From positions 3,520,001 through 3,584,000 of the forward strand of contig OZ242260.1 of NCBI GenBank assembly GCA_965207065.1: a stretch of DNA of 64,000 nucleotides. The letters are read 5' to 3'. The stretch's first letter is position 1. The number at the start of each line of letters is the position of its first letter. The notes below the pieces were generated by a model. The model was not told the DNA's origin and did no database searches. It was given only the letters and a program-made list of their open reading frames with translations. Shown in pieces: positions 9,674 through 19,811 of this stretch. This DNA comes from a bacterium (GTDB lineage Bacteria > UBA8248). The position numbers were made by a program, and so were the translations under genes.

Positions 9674-11362
9674 TTGGAAAACAGAAATCTTTACTTGTTC
9701 ATCGCCTCAGCCGCCTTATTGCTGATTGGCATCTCCGGCTGGGCCGGGCATGACCAGTTTTCGGAACCTCCCCGATGGGCTTTCGCCATTATCGCCCTGG
9801 GAATTGTTTGTTTCGTTTATACGGTGTGGATATCCCGGCGCGAACTCCAAGGCGGCATTCGGCTCCGCTCTACCAGAACGGGCATACAGGTCGCGCTCAT
9901 GATCGTTGTGGTGACCTCTATTTTGGTCATCGTTGAACTCGTGAGCGTCAAATACTTCAAGCGTTGGGACGTCACTCCTGGAAACTTCTACAGCTTGTCC
10001 GCGAAAACCATCAATCTGTTGAAAAAGCTCGATAGAGAAAAGAAGCGAATCGAGATCATTGCCTTTACACGCAAACTTGAAGAACCTGCTGTAACGGAGA
10101 TTTTGGAGCAATATAAACGGGCATCGAAACAAATCTCTTTCCGGTTTTTGAACCTCGACGCCTCCCCGCGCACCGCCAAGAAATATGACGCAGACGCTTA
10201 TGGCACATTGGTCGTGATTCACCATTTCGACAAAGAGCAAATCGAGAAACAGAACAAATCGAACTCCGCCGACCAGGAGAAGAAACCGACCTTCAGATCG
10301 GAAAAGATATTCAATCTTTCGGAAAACGCGATCGCCAATGCGATTCTGAAAACCATCCAATCCGAGCAGAAACGCGTATATTACCTCACGGGCCATGGAG
10401 AACGACTTTTCACGGGTCAGGGACGCGAGGCGATGAGGGCGCTGGCCATCGGTATGAGGGATGACAACTACCAGGTAGATGAACTTCTGCTGCTCAGGAA
10501 AAAGGGCGTGCCTCAAAATACCAGCATGCTGATTATCGCGGCGCCCCAAAAAGAGTTGGAAGAAGCTGAAGTCAAGTATATCGACGATTACATCAAATCC
10601 GGCGGAAAGCTTCTTGTTTTCCTGGAACCCGGAATGAAGCCGGGGCGCCTTACAGCGCTGTTGGAGAGATACGGATTTGAAATTCCCGAATCTTTCGTCG
10701 TCGACCCCGAATCGGTGCGCTATGAATTGGCGGGCGGAAATATAATCACGCCGTTCGCCGTTAACTATGGGTTGCACGAAATCACCAGGCAATTAAAGGG
10801 TTTCGCTACGGTATTTCCAACGGTGAGGAAGGTATCCGCCAAGGGTCTGCCCAAGGCGGGGCTGCACTCAGAGGAACTGGTCAGGACGGGTCCCGGAAGT
10901 TTTACAGTCGAGGAGATATCGATCCAGAACGGGCAACTTCACTTCGACCCGAAAACCAAGAAAGATGGTCCCGTGCCGATTGGCGCCGCTGTCACGGTTA
11001 CGCTGGATCTTTACAAACTTGCGCAAGGGCAGGGGGCTGCAGACGATGCCAAAACACCAGCCTCCCAGAAGAAAACGAACGAGAAAAACGAGGCTAAAAT
11101 TGTCGTTTTCGGGGATGCCGATTTCGCGAGCGATGCTTTCATCGGGGCGCAAGGCAACGGGAATCTTGTGTTTAATTCCGTGAACTGGCTCGGCGGCGAG
11201 AAAGACCTGATCACCATTCGTCCGAAAAGCCGTACGGGCGAACCTCTCGTGCTGGCCGGCGGGGAGGGGCGGTTCGTTCACTTGTTCACTGTCTGGGTCA
11301 TGCCGTTGTTCATCATCCTCATCGGTGCCGCCGTCTACGTCAGGAGAAGGCAACTGCGGTGA
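9674..11362 (+). CDS. GldG-like auxiliary component of the ABC system
   Basis: N-terminal TMs, RWDVT..YSLS..T, VYYLTGHGE, LIIAAPQKEL, GGKLLVFLEP, VVFGDADF...GNGNLVFNSVNWL, C-terminal TM followed by RRR. Likely TTG start at 9674. Confidence 0.85.
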   Translation: MENRNLYLFIASAALLLIGISGWAGHDQFSEPPRWAFAIIALGIVCFVYTVWISRRELQGGIRLRSTRTGIQVALMIVVVTSILVIVELVSVKYFKRWDVTPGNFYSLSAKTINLLKKLDREKKRIEIIAFTRKLEEPAVTEILEQYKRASKQISFRFLNLDASPRTAKKYDADAYGTLVVIHHFDKEQIEKQNKSNSADQEKKPTFRSEKIFNLSENAIANAILKTIQSEQKRVYYLTGHGERLFTGQGREAMRALAIGMRDDNYQVDELLLLRKKGVPQNTSMLIIAAPQKELEEAEVKYIDDYIKSGGKLLVFLEPGMKPGRLTALLERYGFEIPESFVVDPESVRYELAGGNIITPFAVNYGLHEITRQLKGFATVFPTVRKVSAKGLPKAGLHSEELVRTGPGSFTVEEISIQNGQLHFDPKTKKDGPVPIGAAVTVTLDLYKLAQGQGAADDAKTPASQKKTNEKNEAKIVVFGDADFASDAFIGAQGNGNLVFNSVNWLGGEKDLITIRPKSRTGEPLVLAGGEGRFVHLFTVWVMPLFIILIGAAVYVRRRQLR

Positions 11363-13221
11363 ACCCTAAGAAAAATCTCATATTACTACTCGTTTTGATC
11401 ATCCTTGGTAGCGCGTATTACGTCTACGGCGTGAAATGGGCGTCCGAGGAGCGCGCCGCCGAAGAGCGCAAGGTCAAACTCCTGAAAGGAATTGACGAAA
11501 AGGCGCTGATCAGAATTGACGTAACGAGAGAAGAAGAACCATACCAAATCATCCGGACGGAGAAAGGGTGGCGTTTCGTGAAACCCGTCGATGCCGCCGT
11601 CGATTCGGATGAAGTCGAGAAACTACTCGAAGCGGCGACGAAACTCCGCGAGCGCCGGCGTATTGGAAACGTAAAAGACAGGACAGAGTTTGGAATGGAC
11701 AAGCCCAGGATGAAAATCACCTTTGGGCTGAAAGACAAGGATGATGTTTCCATCGAGATTGGCGATAGAACCCCCACGCGCGAATTTCGATATGCCTCGG
11801 TAGCGAAGAATCCTGAAATCTTTACCCTCCAGCTTTCCGACATCGCCAAATTCGATAAAACGGTATTCAGCATACGGGACAGGTCGATTGTCCCGGTGAT
11901 GCCCGAAAGCGCGAATAAGGTGATCGTCGAGCCTCAGGATGGAGGCGAATACACCGTTGTCCGCAAGAGCAAAGATGAATGGGCGCTCGTGAAACCCATC
12001 CAGGACAGGGCCGACGCCATCGATTCCGAGGGCATTGTTTCTACCCTCAGATGGGACAAGGTGCAAAGATTCGTTGATGAAGCACCAAAGAACCTCGCCC
12101 CTTATGGTCTGGATAAACCCGGACTCACGGTGCGCATTTTCACCGAGGACAATGACAAGCCTGCAGACGGGGTTATCCTGGGCAGCAGAAAAGTGGAAGC
12201 GCCGGAGCCGAAGAGCGGCAAGAAAAAACCAAAAGCATATTACTACGCCAGGAGGCTCTCCGGCGGCCCCGTGATGCTCATCAATGAGAAAACAGTCAAG
12301 GAATTGCCTAAATCCGTATTTTCGCTAAGGCACAAGACTGTCATCGATTATGATGTCGACCACATCACGCGCCTTCTGGTTGAATCGAAATCTCAAAAAA
12401 TAGACATCGTCCGAAAAGCGAAAAAGAAGTGGGACCTCCACGTCACTACGGCGGATGGGAAGAAAGAGAAACTCATCGGTCGCCACAAGCACGTGGACGA
12501 CCTCTTGTGGGACATCAAGTGGAGCAATTCGATTGACTATGTGGATGACCCCGGGAGCGATTTGTCGAAATACGGCCTTGCGCGGGCGGACGGCAAGGGC
12601 GCGCCGCTTCGCTTCACCCTCTGGCTGAAGAAGAAAGAAGATGCGCCTCTGGAGGATAAGTCTTTGATTATCGGGCGTTTTCTGGAAAAGAAGAAGAGAG
12701 CCTACGGCCGAATCGAGGGGGAAAAACGTCTGTTCGCCATCAAGAAAGAAGACTATGACAAGCTCACGAAAACGCCCTATTTCCTGAGCGAGCGGCGGCT
12801 GCTCCTGTACGCGAAAGACGAGGAAATTACGGAAGTTACGGCGCGCTTCCCGGATAAATCCTCTATGAAGCTCGAGCGCTTCGGCGATAGCTGGCGGTTC
12901 CTCTCCCCAGAGGGCAGGGAGGCCGAGCCCGGCAACGTGAACGATCTGGTAGGCGCCCTCAGGGATTTCGAGCGGGAAGGGGAGGCGGAACCCGGCGAAG
13001 CGCCTGATTTCAAAGACTTTATCGTCGAACTCTCGGGCCGGGACATCCGCCACGGCGAGTGGGGCCCGTTCCGCTTCGCGGGTAAGGAAGGCTCTGAGTT
13101 CATGTACATGCGAGAGGGCGGAAAGACCTACCGCATCACCAAGAAATGGAATGAAGATAAGCTTCCCAAGTCCTTGAAAGACTGGGAGAAAGAGAAAAAA
13201 TCCGACGACGGTTCCGCATAG
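11359..13221 (+). CDS. DUF4340 repeat protein (about three domains), single N-terminal TM
   Basis: Repeated W..(V/L).P, (Y/F)G(L/M)DKP and K(T/S)VFS(I/L)R motifs; GTGA overlap with the gldG-like gene. Confidence 0.75.
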   Translation: MNPKKNLILLLVLIILGSAYYVYGVKWASEERAAEERKVKLLKGIDEKALIRIDVTREEEPYQIIRTEKGWRFVKPVDAAVDSDEVEKLLEAATKLRERRRIGNVKDRTEFGMDKPRMKITFGLKDKDDVSIEIGDRTPTREFRYASVAKNPEIFTLQLSDIAKFDKTVFSIRDRSIVPVMPESANKVIVEPQDGGEYTVVRKSKDEWALVKPIQDRADAIDSEGIVSTLRWDKVQRFVDEAPKNLAPYGLDKPGLTVRIFTEDNDKPADGVILGSRKVEAPEPKSGKKKPKAYYYARRLSGGPVMLINEKTVKELPKSVFSLRHKTVIDYDVDHITRLLVESKSQKIDIVRKAKKKWDLHVTTADGKKEKLIGRHKHVDDLLWDIKWSNSIDYVDDPGSDLSKYGLARADGKGAPLRFTLWLKKKEDAPLEDKSLIIGRFLEKKKRAYGRIEGEKRLFAIKKEDYDKLTKTPYFLSERRLLLYAKDEEITEVTARFPDKSSMKLERFGDSWRFLSPEGREAEPGNVNDLVGALRDFEREGEAEPGEAPDFKDFIVELSGRDIRHGEWGPFRFAGKEGSEFMYMREGGKTYRITKKWNEDKLPKSLKDWEKEKKSDDGSA

Positions 13222-14278
13222 GATTCACACCCTCCGGTACCCCTCGCAAGTCGGCGGAACCTGAAATTCCGCAACACCAAAGCGTCAGCTCATCGTTTCA
13301 TGCTCTACTTCTTATTTATCAATCATATATGACGTATATTTGGAATTGTGTTTAGTAAAATATCCCGCCGGTTTCGCGCACGCATCCACCCGCATTTGCG
13401 CGCATTTGCCGTCATCGTCCAGGGCGCAGCTTATGGCAGAATTCCCCTGAGTCGCGACCCCGTTGCGTCTTGTCCCTGATAATTAATTGTCGGAAATTTA
13501 CGGAAAAACCCTGTGAATTTATCTAATTTTATTGATATTTTCAGAAATTCCACAGGCCTGAGCGCGTCGAATCGCTCCATCGTCACACATGCAGGCGTAT
13601 CGGGGCTGATGACAGTGAGTGCGCCTTCAACTCCGAGTGAAGAAGATCGGCTCTTGCCGGAAAAGATCAATCACGACTGATGAAGAAGTGGTCTGCGTGG
13701 CGGAAGAGGAATCGTTTGCCGATCGTGAGTGGCTGCGGTTTTCATAACGCTCCGTATTGTCGGTCCGTATTCTCCCTCCCCGCGCAAATGAGAACACTCC
13801 CTTTTCCGTGCGGTGTTTCTCGTCCGTTCCGCCGAAAAGCCATAACGCTGGCCGCGAACTACTGCGTCCGCATTGAGCCGCTCCCTCCCCGGTTCAGGGC
13901 TTGTTTACGTCCGAAAGTTTCCGCCTTGTGCGAATGCGGCGTTTGTGGCTATCATTTTCGCATCACGAGGGGAGCGAGCCAACAGAACAGACGGGAAGCG
14001 ACCTGACAGTACAGACGGGAAGGGAACGATCTCATCCGGCGGCTCGCTCGCAGCCGCATGGAAGCTCATCCATACCAACTGTCCCCTTGACGGAAGTTTT
14101 CCGCAAGACAATCGAAAGCGCGCATACGTTTGCGCCCGGGGCTTCGCCGCCGCGCAGCATAGCCGGTCTTTGAGAACGCGCGCGGAAAGAAGTATGCTTG
14201 CCGGGACGCTTACTGCTCGTGGCGATGGCTGCCTCGGAACGGGCGGCTGCCGGTCAGGCAAAAACGTCAGGGGAGTAC

Positions 14279-15676
14279 ATGAGGTCGCATCCGGACGCAC
14301 GGGAAATCATTATCGTAGGGGCAGGCGCCGCAGGCCTGGCCGCCGCGTGGACACTCGCATCGCACCGCCGACATGGCGACTACCGGGTCCAGATACTGGA
14401 AGCCTCGGAGAGGATTGGCGGTCGCATGTTTTGCGAGGAGGTCGACGGCTTTCAGGTGTACGGCGGCGCCAGCGTCATCCACGAGTCATTCGCAACCGTC
14501 AGGGAAGTGGCGCGTGCGCTGGACGTGGAGCTCCACCCGAGTCCCGGCAAGAAAGGTGCGCAGAGTTTCGCTGACGGACGATTCTGGAGCCTGTACGTGG
14601 GGGGGTCGCTGAAGCAGAAGCTGGAGAGCCTCCGCACCATGTTTTTCTCGCCGCAGAATTCGCTGAGGGGAATGTGGGAGCTTGCGCGCCTTTTCGCGAA
14701 GCTGAGGAAACACAGCGATGAACTCGACTTCGAGGACCACACTCGGATCTTCGACCTGGACACGGGGGAGAGTTTCGCCGAATTTGCCCGCTCCAATAAC
14801 CTGAACCGATACCTGAAGCACGGCGGGGAACTGGACATCAACTGCTTCACGGGGGGCAGTCCCGAGCAGGTGGGGGCTGCGTATGGAATGGCGCTGCTAT
14901 GGCTCTGGACCTTCAATCAGGCTGAGCGCAGCTATCTGCCTAAGCAGGGGGTCGCTACATTCGCCAAGGCTCTAACCGATACCGTTGCAGACTCCATCCG
15001 TGTCGCCACGCCGGTCGAACGAATCCTCACCGAGGCCGGGGCGGCAAGAGGTGTCGTCACGGTAAGTGGAGAAGAAATCCGTGCGGACGCGGTCATTTGC
15101 GCAACCACGTCCTCGACCGCCGCGCGCATCATCCCGGACCCGGCGGTGCGGGAGGTGCTGGAGCGTGTCACCTACAGTTCATGCTGCAATGTAGCGTTCG
15201 GCCTGGATGTGAACATCCTGCCGGAGGATTGCCATGCGGCCCTTTTCCCCCGGGGTTCTCAGACGTTTCTGACCATGGTCACCAATCTGGCGGGCCTCAC
15301 CCCTGAAGCGGCGCCACCCGGGAAGACCCTTGTTCACGCGCTGGTGATAGACGAACACGCAAGAGAGTTGTTCACCTGTAGTGACGATGAGGTCCTGCGC
15401 CGTGTCATGGGCGAAATGCGCCGGTTCTTTCAGGCAATGCCCGAACAACCCGTTTTCGGGAAGGTGTACCGATGGCCGGAAGCCATATGTCTGATGCCCG
15501 GCGGAATGCTCAGGGAGATGCATGAGATGCGTACCCGGCTCCCGGACCGTATAGGGGGGTTGTTCGTTGCCGGCGACTACACACGGCTGCCTTCCCTGAA
15601 TGGCGCAATGAAAAGTGGCGTGGAAGCCGCCGAGGACAGCCTGGCGTATCTGGAAAACCCGCGCTTGCACCGTTGA
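14279..15676 (+). CDS. FAD-dependent oxidoreductase (amine oxidase/protoporphyrinogen oxidase superfamily)
   Basis: IIIVGAGAAGLAAA, EASERIGGR, C-terminal AGDY...NGAMKSG; ATG at 14279 after GGGAG. Confidence 0.85.
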   Translation: MRSHPDAREIIIVGAGAAGLAAAWTLASHRRHGDYRVQILEASERIGGRMFCEEVDGFQVYGGASVIHESFATVREVARALDVELHPSPGKKGAQSFADGRFWSLYVGGSLKQKLESLRTMFFSPQNSLRGMWELARLFAKLRKHSDELDFEDHTRIFDLDTGESFAEFARSNNLNRYLKHGGELDINCFTGGSPEQVGAAYGMALLWLWTFNQAERSYLPKQGVATFAKALTDTVADSIRVATPVERILTEAGAARGVVTVSGEEIRADAVICATTSSTAARIIPDPAVREVLERVTYSSCCNVAFGLDVNILPEDCHAALFPRGSQTFLTMVTNLAGLTPEAAPPGKTLVHALVIDEHARELFTCSDDEVLRRVMGEMRRFFQAMPEQPVFGKVYRWPEAICLMPGGMLREMHEMRTRLPDRIGGLFVAGDYTRLPSLNGAMKSGVEAAEDSLAYLENPRLHR

Positions 15677-15703
15677 AGGTGGACAGATTGCCGCGCCTGT
15701 GGT

Positions 15704-17107
15704 TCACCGGAACGACTCGAACGCCGGCGACTTGCCCCAGCCGCCGCGTTCCTCCTCCAGGGCGTGGGCGATTCTGTAGAGCGCGGCCTCGCTGAAAACA
15801 GGCCCGACCAGCTGCACGGCGAGCGGCAGCCCGTCTCCTGAAAACCCCCAGGGCAGGGATATCGCCGGTGCGCCCAGGGTGTTGACCCAGCGCGTGAAAC
15901 GCGTGAGCGTTGGAATCAGCGCCTCGGCTTCCGAGCGCGCCTGCGCGTGTGAGGGCGCGGGAGTAGGCGTCGTCGGCCCGGCCAGCGCGTCCACGGCGGA
16001 GAACACCTCCTTCTCGTAGTGGCGGATCAACTCCTCGCGCCTGGCGAGTGCTGCGTGATATTCAGCCGACTGGACCCCGCGCCCGGCTTCCAGGCGCGCC
16101 AGAATTTCGGGCGTCACCTGGTCTTCGTACTCCTCCAGTCGCTCGCCGTGTATCATCAGCGCCTCGTATTTGAAGATCGTGTTGGCGAGTTCCTCGAGTT
16201 CTTCCGTATGAGGAGGCGTCATTGGTGCGAGACGCGCGCCCAGGCGTTCGAGCGCCCCGCATATTTCTCCATTTGCGGACTGCACCTCCTCGGATGCGCC
16301 CCGCAACTCCGCACCTTCCAGAACACCCACGCGCATGCCCTCGACGCTCTCTCCGAGTGCCCGGGTGTAATCGGGGACGGGCCGCGCGCTTGCACTCGCA
16401 TCCAGGGGGTCGGCGCCCGCGATGGCGGAGAGCACCAGCGCGTTGTCCGCCACCGTTCGCGTGAGCGGGCCGAAGGTATCGAGCGTCCAGGAGAGCGGCA
16501 TCCCCCCATGCCGGCTCACGCGGCCGTTCGTGGGTTTCAGGCCCACCACGCCGCAAAACGCCGCCGGCAGCCGGATGGAGCCGCCCGTATCCGTGCCGAC
16601 CGCCGCCAGCGCCAACCCGCCGGCCACCGCGCAGCCCGACCCGCTGCTCGACCCTCCCGTAACATAACCCTGCTTCCAGGGGTTCTGCGGGTCTCCGAAA
16701 TGCTTGTTCCGTCCCGTCGGTCCCATGGCGAGTTCCGCCATGTTGAGTTTCCCCATGTTGACGGTCCCGGCCTCATCGAGCCGTTTCCAGACGCTCGATA
16801 CCGCGTCCTGGGGCGGGTCGTCTTCGAACATCATGCTTCCGCAGGTCGTGGGAGTCCCCGGAATGTGGCAGAGGTCCTTGTAGGCCACGGGAACCCCGTC
16901 GAGGGGCCCGAGTTCATCGCCGAAGCGGAACCTTCGCTCGGATTCCCGCGACTCTCTGCGCAACTCTCTTTCGCTGACGTGTAAAAAGGCCCTCAGGTGG
17001 AGATTCCACTCTTTGATGCGGGCGAGGGCGTCTTCGGCGACTTCGACGGGCGAGACTTCACCGGCGCGGTAGGCATCCCTCAGCGCCGTGATCGTCCAGT
17101 CGCTCAT
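15704..17107 (-). CDS. Amidase-signature family enzyme
   Basis: GPLDGVPVAYKD, GGSSSGSG, GTDTGGSIRLPA, GLKPT. Confidence 0.9.
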   Translation of the reverse strand: MSDWTITALRDAYRAGEVSPVEVAEDALARIKEWNLHLRAFLHVSERELRRESRESERRFRFGDELGPLDGVPVAYKDLCHIPGTPTTCGSMMFEDDPPQDAVSSVWKRLDEAGTVNMGKLNMAELAMGPTGRNKHFGDPQNPWKQGYVTGGSSSGSGCAVAGGLALAAVGTDTGGSIRLPAAFCGVVGLKPTNGRVSRHGGMPLSWTLDTFGPLTRTVADNALVLSAIAGADPLDASASARPVPDYTRALGESVEGMRVGVLEGAELRGASEEVQSANGEICGALERLGARLAPMTPPHTEELEELANTIFKYEALMIHGERLEEYEDQVTPEILARLEAGRGVQSAEYHAALARREELIRHYEKEVFSAVDALAGPTTPTPAPSHAQARSEAEALIPTLTRFTRWVNTLGAPAISLPWGFSGDGLPLAVQLVGPVFSEAALYRIAHALEEERGGWGKSPAFESFR

Positions 17108-17141
17108 TGGTGGGTTCTGCGGAAGGGTGCGGCCGGGCGCA

Positions 17142-17696
17142 TCATCCGCTGCCCGGGTAGCCCGGAGCCTGGAGGACGCGCGTCATCTGGTCCTGATGGA
17201 GAAAATCGTGTGTCCCCGAATAGACGATGCGGTCGTAGATGTTGAGGTCGCCGTAGCGGAAATGCTTATGCGTGTAGCGGCTCATGTCGGTGCTCCGGTG
17301 GGGGAGCATCATCTGGTGAACCGCCTCCCGGTTGGGCATGAGCCTGGTTATCATGTCACCGAATTCGCCTTCGCCCTTCGGGATGAGGAAATCGGGCGCC
17401 GGAACCCGGCCCTGCTCCCTGCGCCTGAGCGCCTCCCGGCTCATCTTCTGGGGGTTCTCGGGCCCCGTATCCCACGACCCGGACTCCGCCGCTTCCGCGA
17501 GACCCTTTTCGAGGGAGCGCGCGTAATAATTGTCCGTCAAGAGCATGTGCTCGAGGTTCTCATGCAGGGACCATTCGCAGTCGGGAGGCTTCCAGTGAAC
17601 GTGGGCGGTGTCGATGCCTTCCAGAAAGGCGATCAGGTTTCTTCTGTCATTGAAAGCCGAGTCGAAGGCCTCATCGAACATCTCTTCTGGAGTCAT
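17142..17696 (-). CDS. DinB family protein
   Basis: WSLHENLEHM...HFRYGDLNI...HDFLHQDQM His triad. Confidence 0.8.
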   Translation of the reverse strand: MTPEEMFDEAFDSAFNDRRNLIAFLEGIDTAHVHWKPPDCEWSLHENLEHMLLTDNYYARSLEKGLAEAAESGSWDTGPENPQKMSREALRRREQGRVPAPDFLIPKGEGEFGDMITRLMPNREAVHQMMLPHRSTDMSRYTHKHFRYGDLNIYDRIVYSGTHDFLHQDQMTRVLQAPGYPGSG

Positions 17697-17761
17697 TGCC
17701 GATATCCTTCATGTCAAGATAGCAAGTGTTCTGATCCAATCGTAATTTTCTGAGGAGGGAC

Positions 17762-18670
17762 TCAGGACGCCCGCCCTGCGCCGGGAGAGCGCACCTCGAT
17801 ATCCAGCCATTCCTCCCAGAGCTTGATGAGCGAGGCGTATTCTTCGGCCCCGTATCCTTTCTGTATCGCCATCTCATAAACGTGATGCGTAGCACTTGCG
17901 ATGAAGGTGGGAACGCGGAGTTCACGGGCCAGTTCGAGGCACAGGTCGGAATCTTTCGTCGCCAGGTCGGTCGTCATCCCGGGCGTGAACTCTCCCGGCA
18001 GGATGTGCTTTCTGAGCCTGTCCTCCACCTGGCGGCTGCGGCCCGAACTGACGGCGATGACGTCGCAGAGCAGGTCGGGGTCGGCGCCCGCCGCGACGCC
18101 CAGCGCCATGGCCTCGGTCAAGGCCGCGAGGTTCACGTGCGAGAGCATGTTGTTCACGACCTTGAACAGCATGCCCATGCCCGAAGCGCCGCAGTGAAAG
18201 ACGTTTTTTCCGAAACACTCGAGAAGGGGCTTGAGCCTCTCGAACCCCGCTTCGCCGCCGCCCACCATCAGCGTGAGCGTGCCGGACTTGGCCCCCTGCA
18301 CGCCGCCGCTTACGGCGGCATCCATCAGTTCGGCCCCTTGCGCGCGCACTTGTGGAGCAAGCTCCTTGATGAGGGAAGGGGAAACGGTGCTCGTCTCGGC
18401 CAGGAGCGCGCCGTCTCGCGCGCCCGCCAGGATTCCCTCCTCACCCAGAATCACTTCGCGCGATATGTTGGGGTGCGGCAAGGACGTGAAAATAACTTCT
18501 GAGCGGGAGGACACGTCCGCCGGGCTGCGTCCGGCGCGCGCGCCTTTTCTCTCGGCATCCAGCGTTGCTTCCTCTCGAACGTCGTACGCCGTTACCTCAT
18601 GACCGGCCCCGATAAGGTGGGCGCAAATCTCGCTTCCCATCCTCCCCAGGCCGATGAAACCAAGCTCCAC
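17762..18670 (-). CDS. NAD(P)-dependent beta-hydroxyacid dehydrogenase (3-hydroxyisobutyrate dehydrogenase family)
   Basis: GFIGLGRMG, DAAVSGG, GTLTLMVGG, FKVVNNML, KDSDL. GTG start at 18670; the longer track ORF runs into the tRNA. Confidence 0.9.
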   Translation of the reverse strand: MELGFIGLGRMGSEICAHLIGAGHEVTAYDVREEATLDAERKGARAGRSPADVSSRSEVIFTSLPHPNISREVILGEEGILAGARDGALLAETSTVSPSLIKELAPQVRAQGAELMDAAVSGGVQGAKSGTLTLMVGGGEAGFERLKPLLECFGKNVFHCGASGMGMLFKVVNNMLSHVNLAALTEAMALGVAAGADPDLLCDVIAVSSGRSRQVEDRLRKHILPGEFTPGMTTDLATKDSDLCLELARELRVPTFIASATHHVYEMAIQKGYGAEEYASLIKLWEEWLDIEVRSPGAGRAS

Positions 18671-18721
18671 CTTTCGCCTCCTCGCCGGATACGCTGTCCA
18701 CTCTTCACGAAAGAATATAAA

Positions 18722-18798
<77 letters not shown>

Positions 18799-18919
18799 AC
18801 CGAAAGAATTGTTCCGCGCAAAAGGCCCGGGCGCGACAGGGATGGCGTGTCGAACCGATCCGGGTTTTTGGCGAAAGAAATATCACAAGCTATTTAGTAA
18901 GGCTTAAGCGTGGCTTACG

Positions 18920-19603
18920 TCAAGGGCTTCGCGTCACCGAAGCCGGGGAAATGTATTTGTCCCGGAAACGGCGTTTTGAAGAGGAGGAATTTCCGGTAAG
19001 GGGAATAGGGGAGAAGAGGCTGGGTATCCGGGGGTCGCCGCTATACATGGTGGCGATCCGGTGGCCCCCCGTTTTCGATACCGTGGTGCGCGTCATCTCG
19101 CGCAACGGGACGGCCTGACCGCCGACAAGCAGGCGCATTCGTCCTTTCTTGAGGAATACGGTGGTGAAGCGGTCATAGGCTTTCAGGGCGAATTCAACTC
19201 CCTTGCCGCGCAATTCTCCCGCAGGCGTCACCACGCTCAGGCTCAACCCGCAGGAAGCCTTGTAGCACTTCACCGTGCCCCTGTTCAGTTTCGCCGAATA
19301 CGTGCCGCCCCGCCTCAGGCCCACCAACTGAAAGGAAGTGTTCGGTTCCACCAGGAGCCGGCAACCCGGGCGACGCCGGAAATGAATCAGCGCACGCGAA
19401 CGCGCGCTCGTCACGATGTGATCGCCCGGGAGCATCAAACGCCGGCCTCTGAAGGAAACTTTTTTCCCGCGCGAGAAAACGATGTGGGGCTGGCCGGAGA
19501 TTGCTCTCATTTCAACGAGGAATTTATTTTCTGCGAGGGCGGAGGAAACGACGCACAGGGGGAGCAGATGTATCCCGAGAATCAGGATTTTGAATCTGGT
19601 CAT
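18920..19603 (-). CDS. Secreted FecR-domain protein
   Basis: Signal peptide; GDHIVT..RSRALIHF...LLVEPNTSFQL...LNRGTV...VVTPAGELRGKGVEFAL...T.V...GRM beta-strand pattern. Confidence 0.65.
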   Translation of the reverse strand: MTRFKILILGIHLLPLCVVSSALAENKFLVEMRAISGQPHIVFSRGKKVSFRGRRLMLPGDHIVTSARSRALIHFRRRPGCRLLVEPNTSFQLVGLRRGGTYSAKLNRGTVKCYKASCGLSLSVVTPAGELRGKGVEFALKAYDRFTTVFLKKGRMRLLVGGQAVPLREMTRTTVSKTGGHRIATMYSGDPRIPSLFSPIPLTGNSSSSKRRFRDKYISPASVTRSP

Positions 19604-19811
19604 GTCATCCCCGTGGAGAAGCGGCAAAGCGGCAGACCTCTTAAGGATATGTAAAGGATTTTCTGGAGATTTGCAAGTTCCCTAACTACCGGAAAAGCAA
19701 CCACATCCCGAAATTCGGGCTAGAAGGGGGGGGAGCGCTTGGTTGGCGTTCTGCAAGAGGGGTGGTTCTGCTGCCTGGAGATTTTGCAGGAGACCCGTAG
19801 TTGTCCTTTAT

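Noticed and set aside
13606-13700. CTGATGA motifs suggesting a hammerhead ribozyme
   Set aside because: No properly placed GAAA core or flanking stems could be built.
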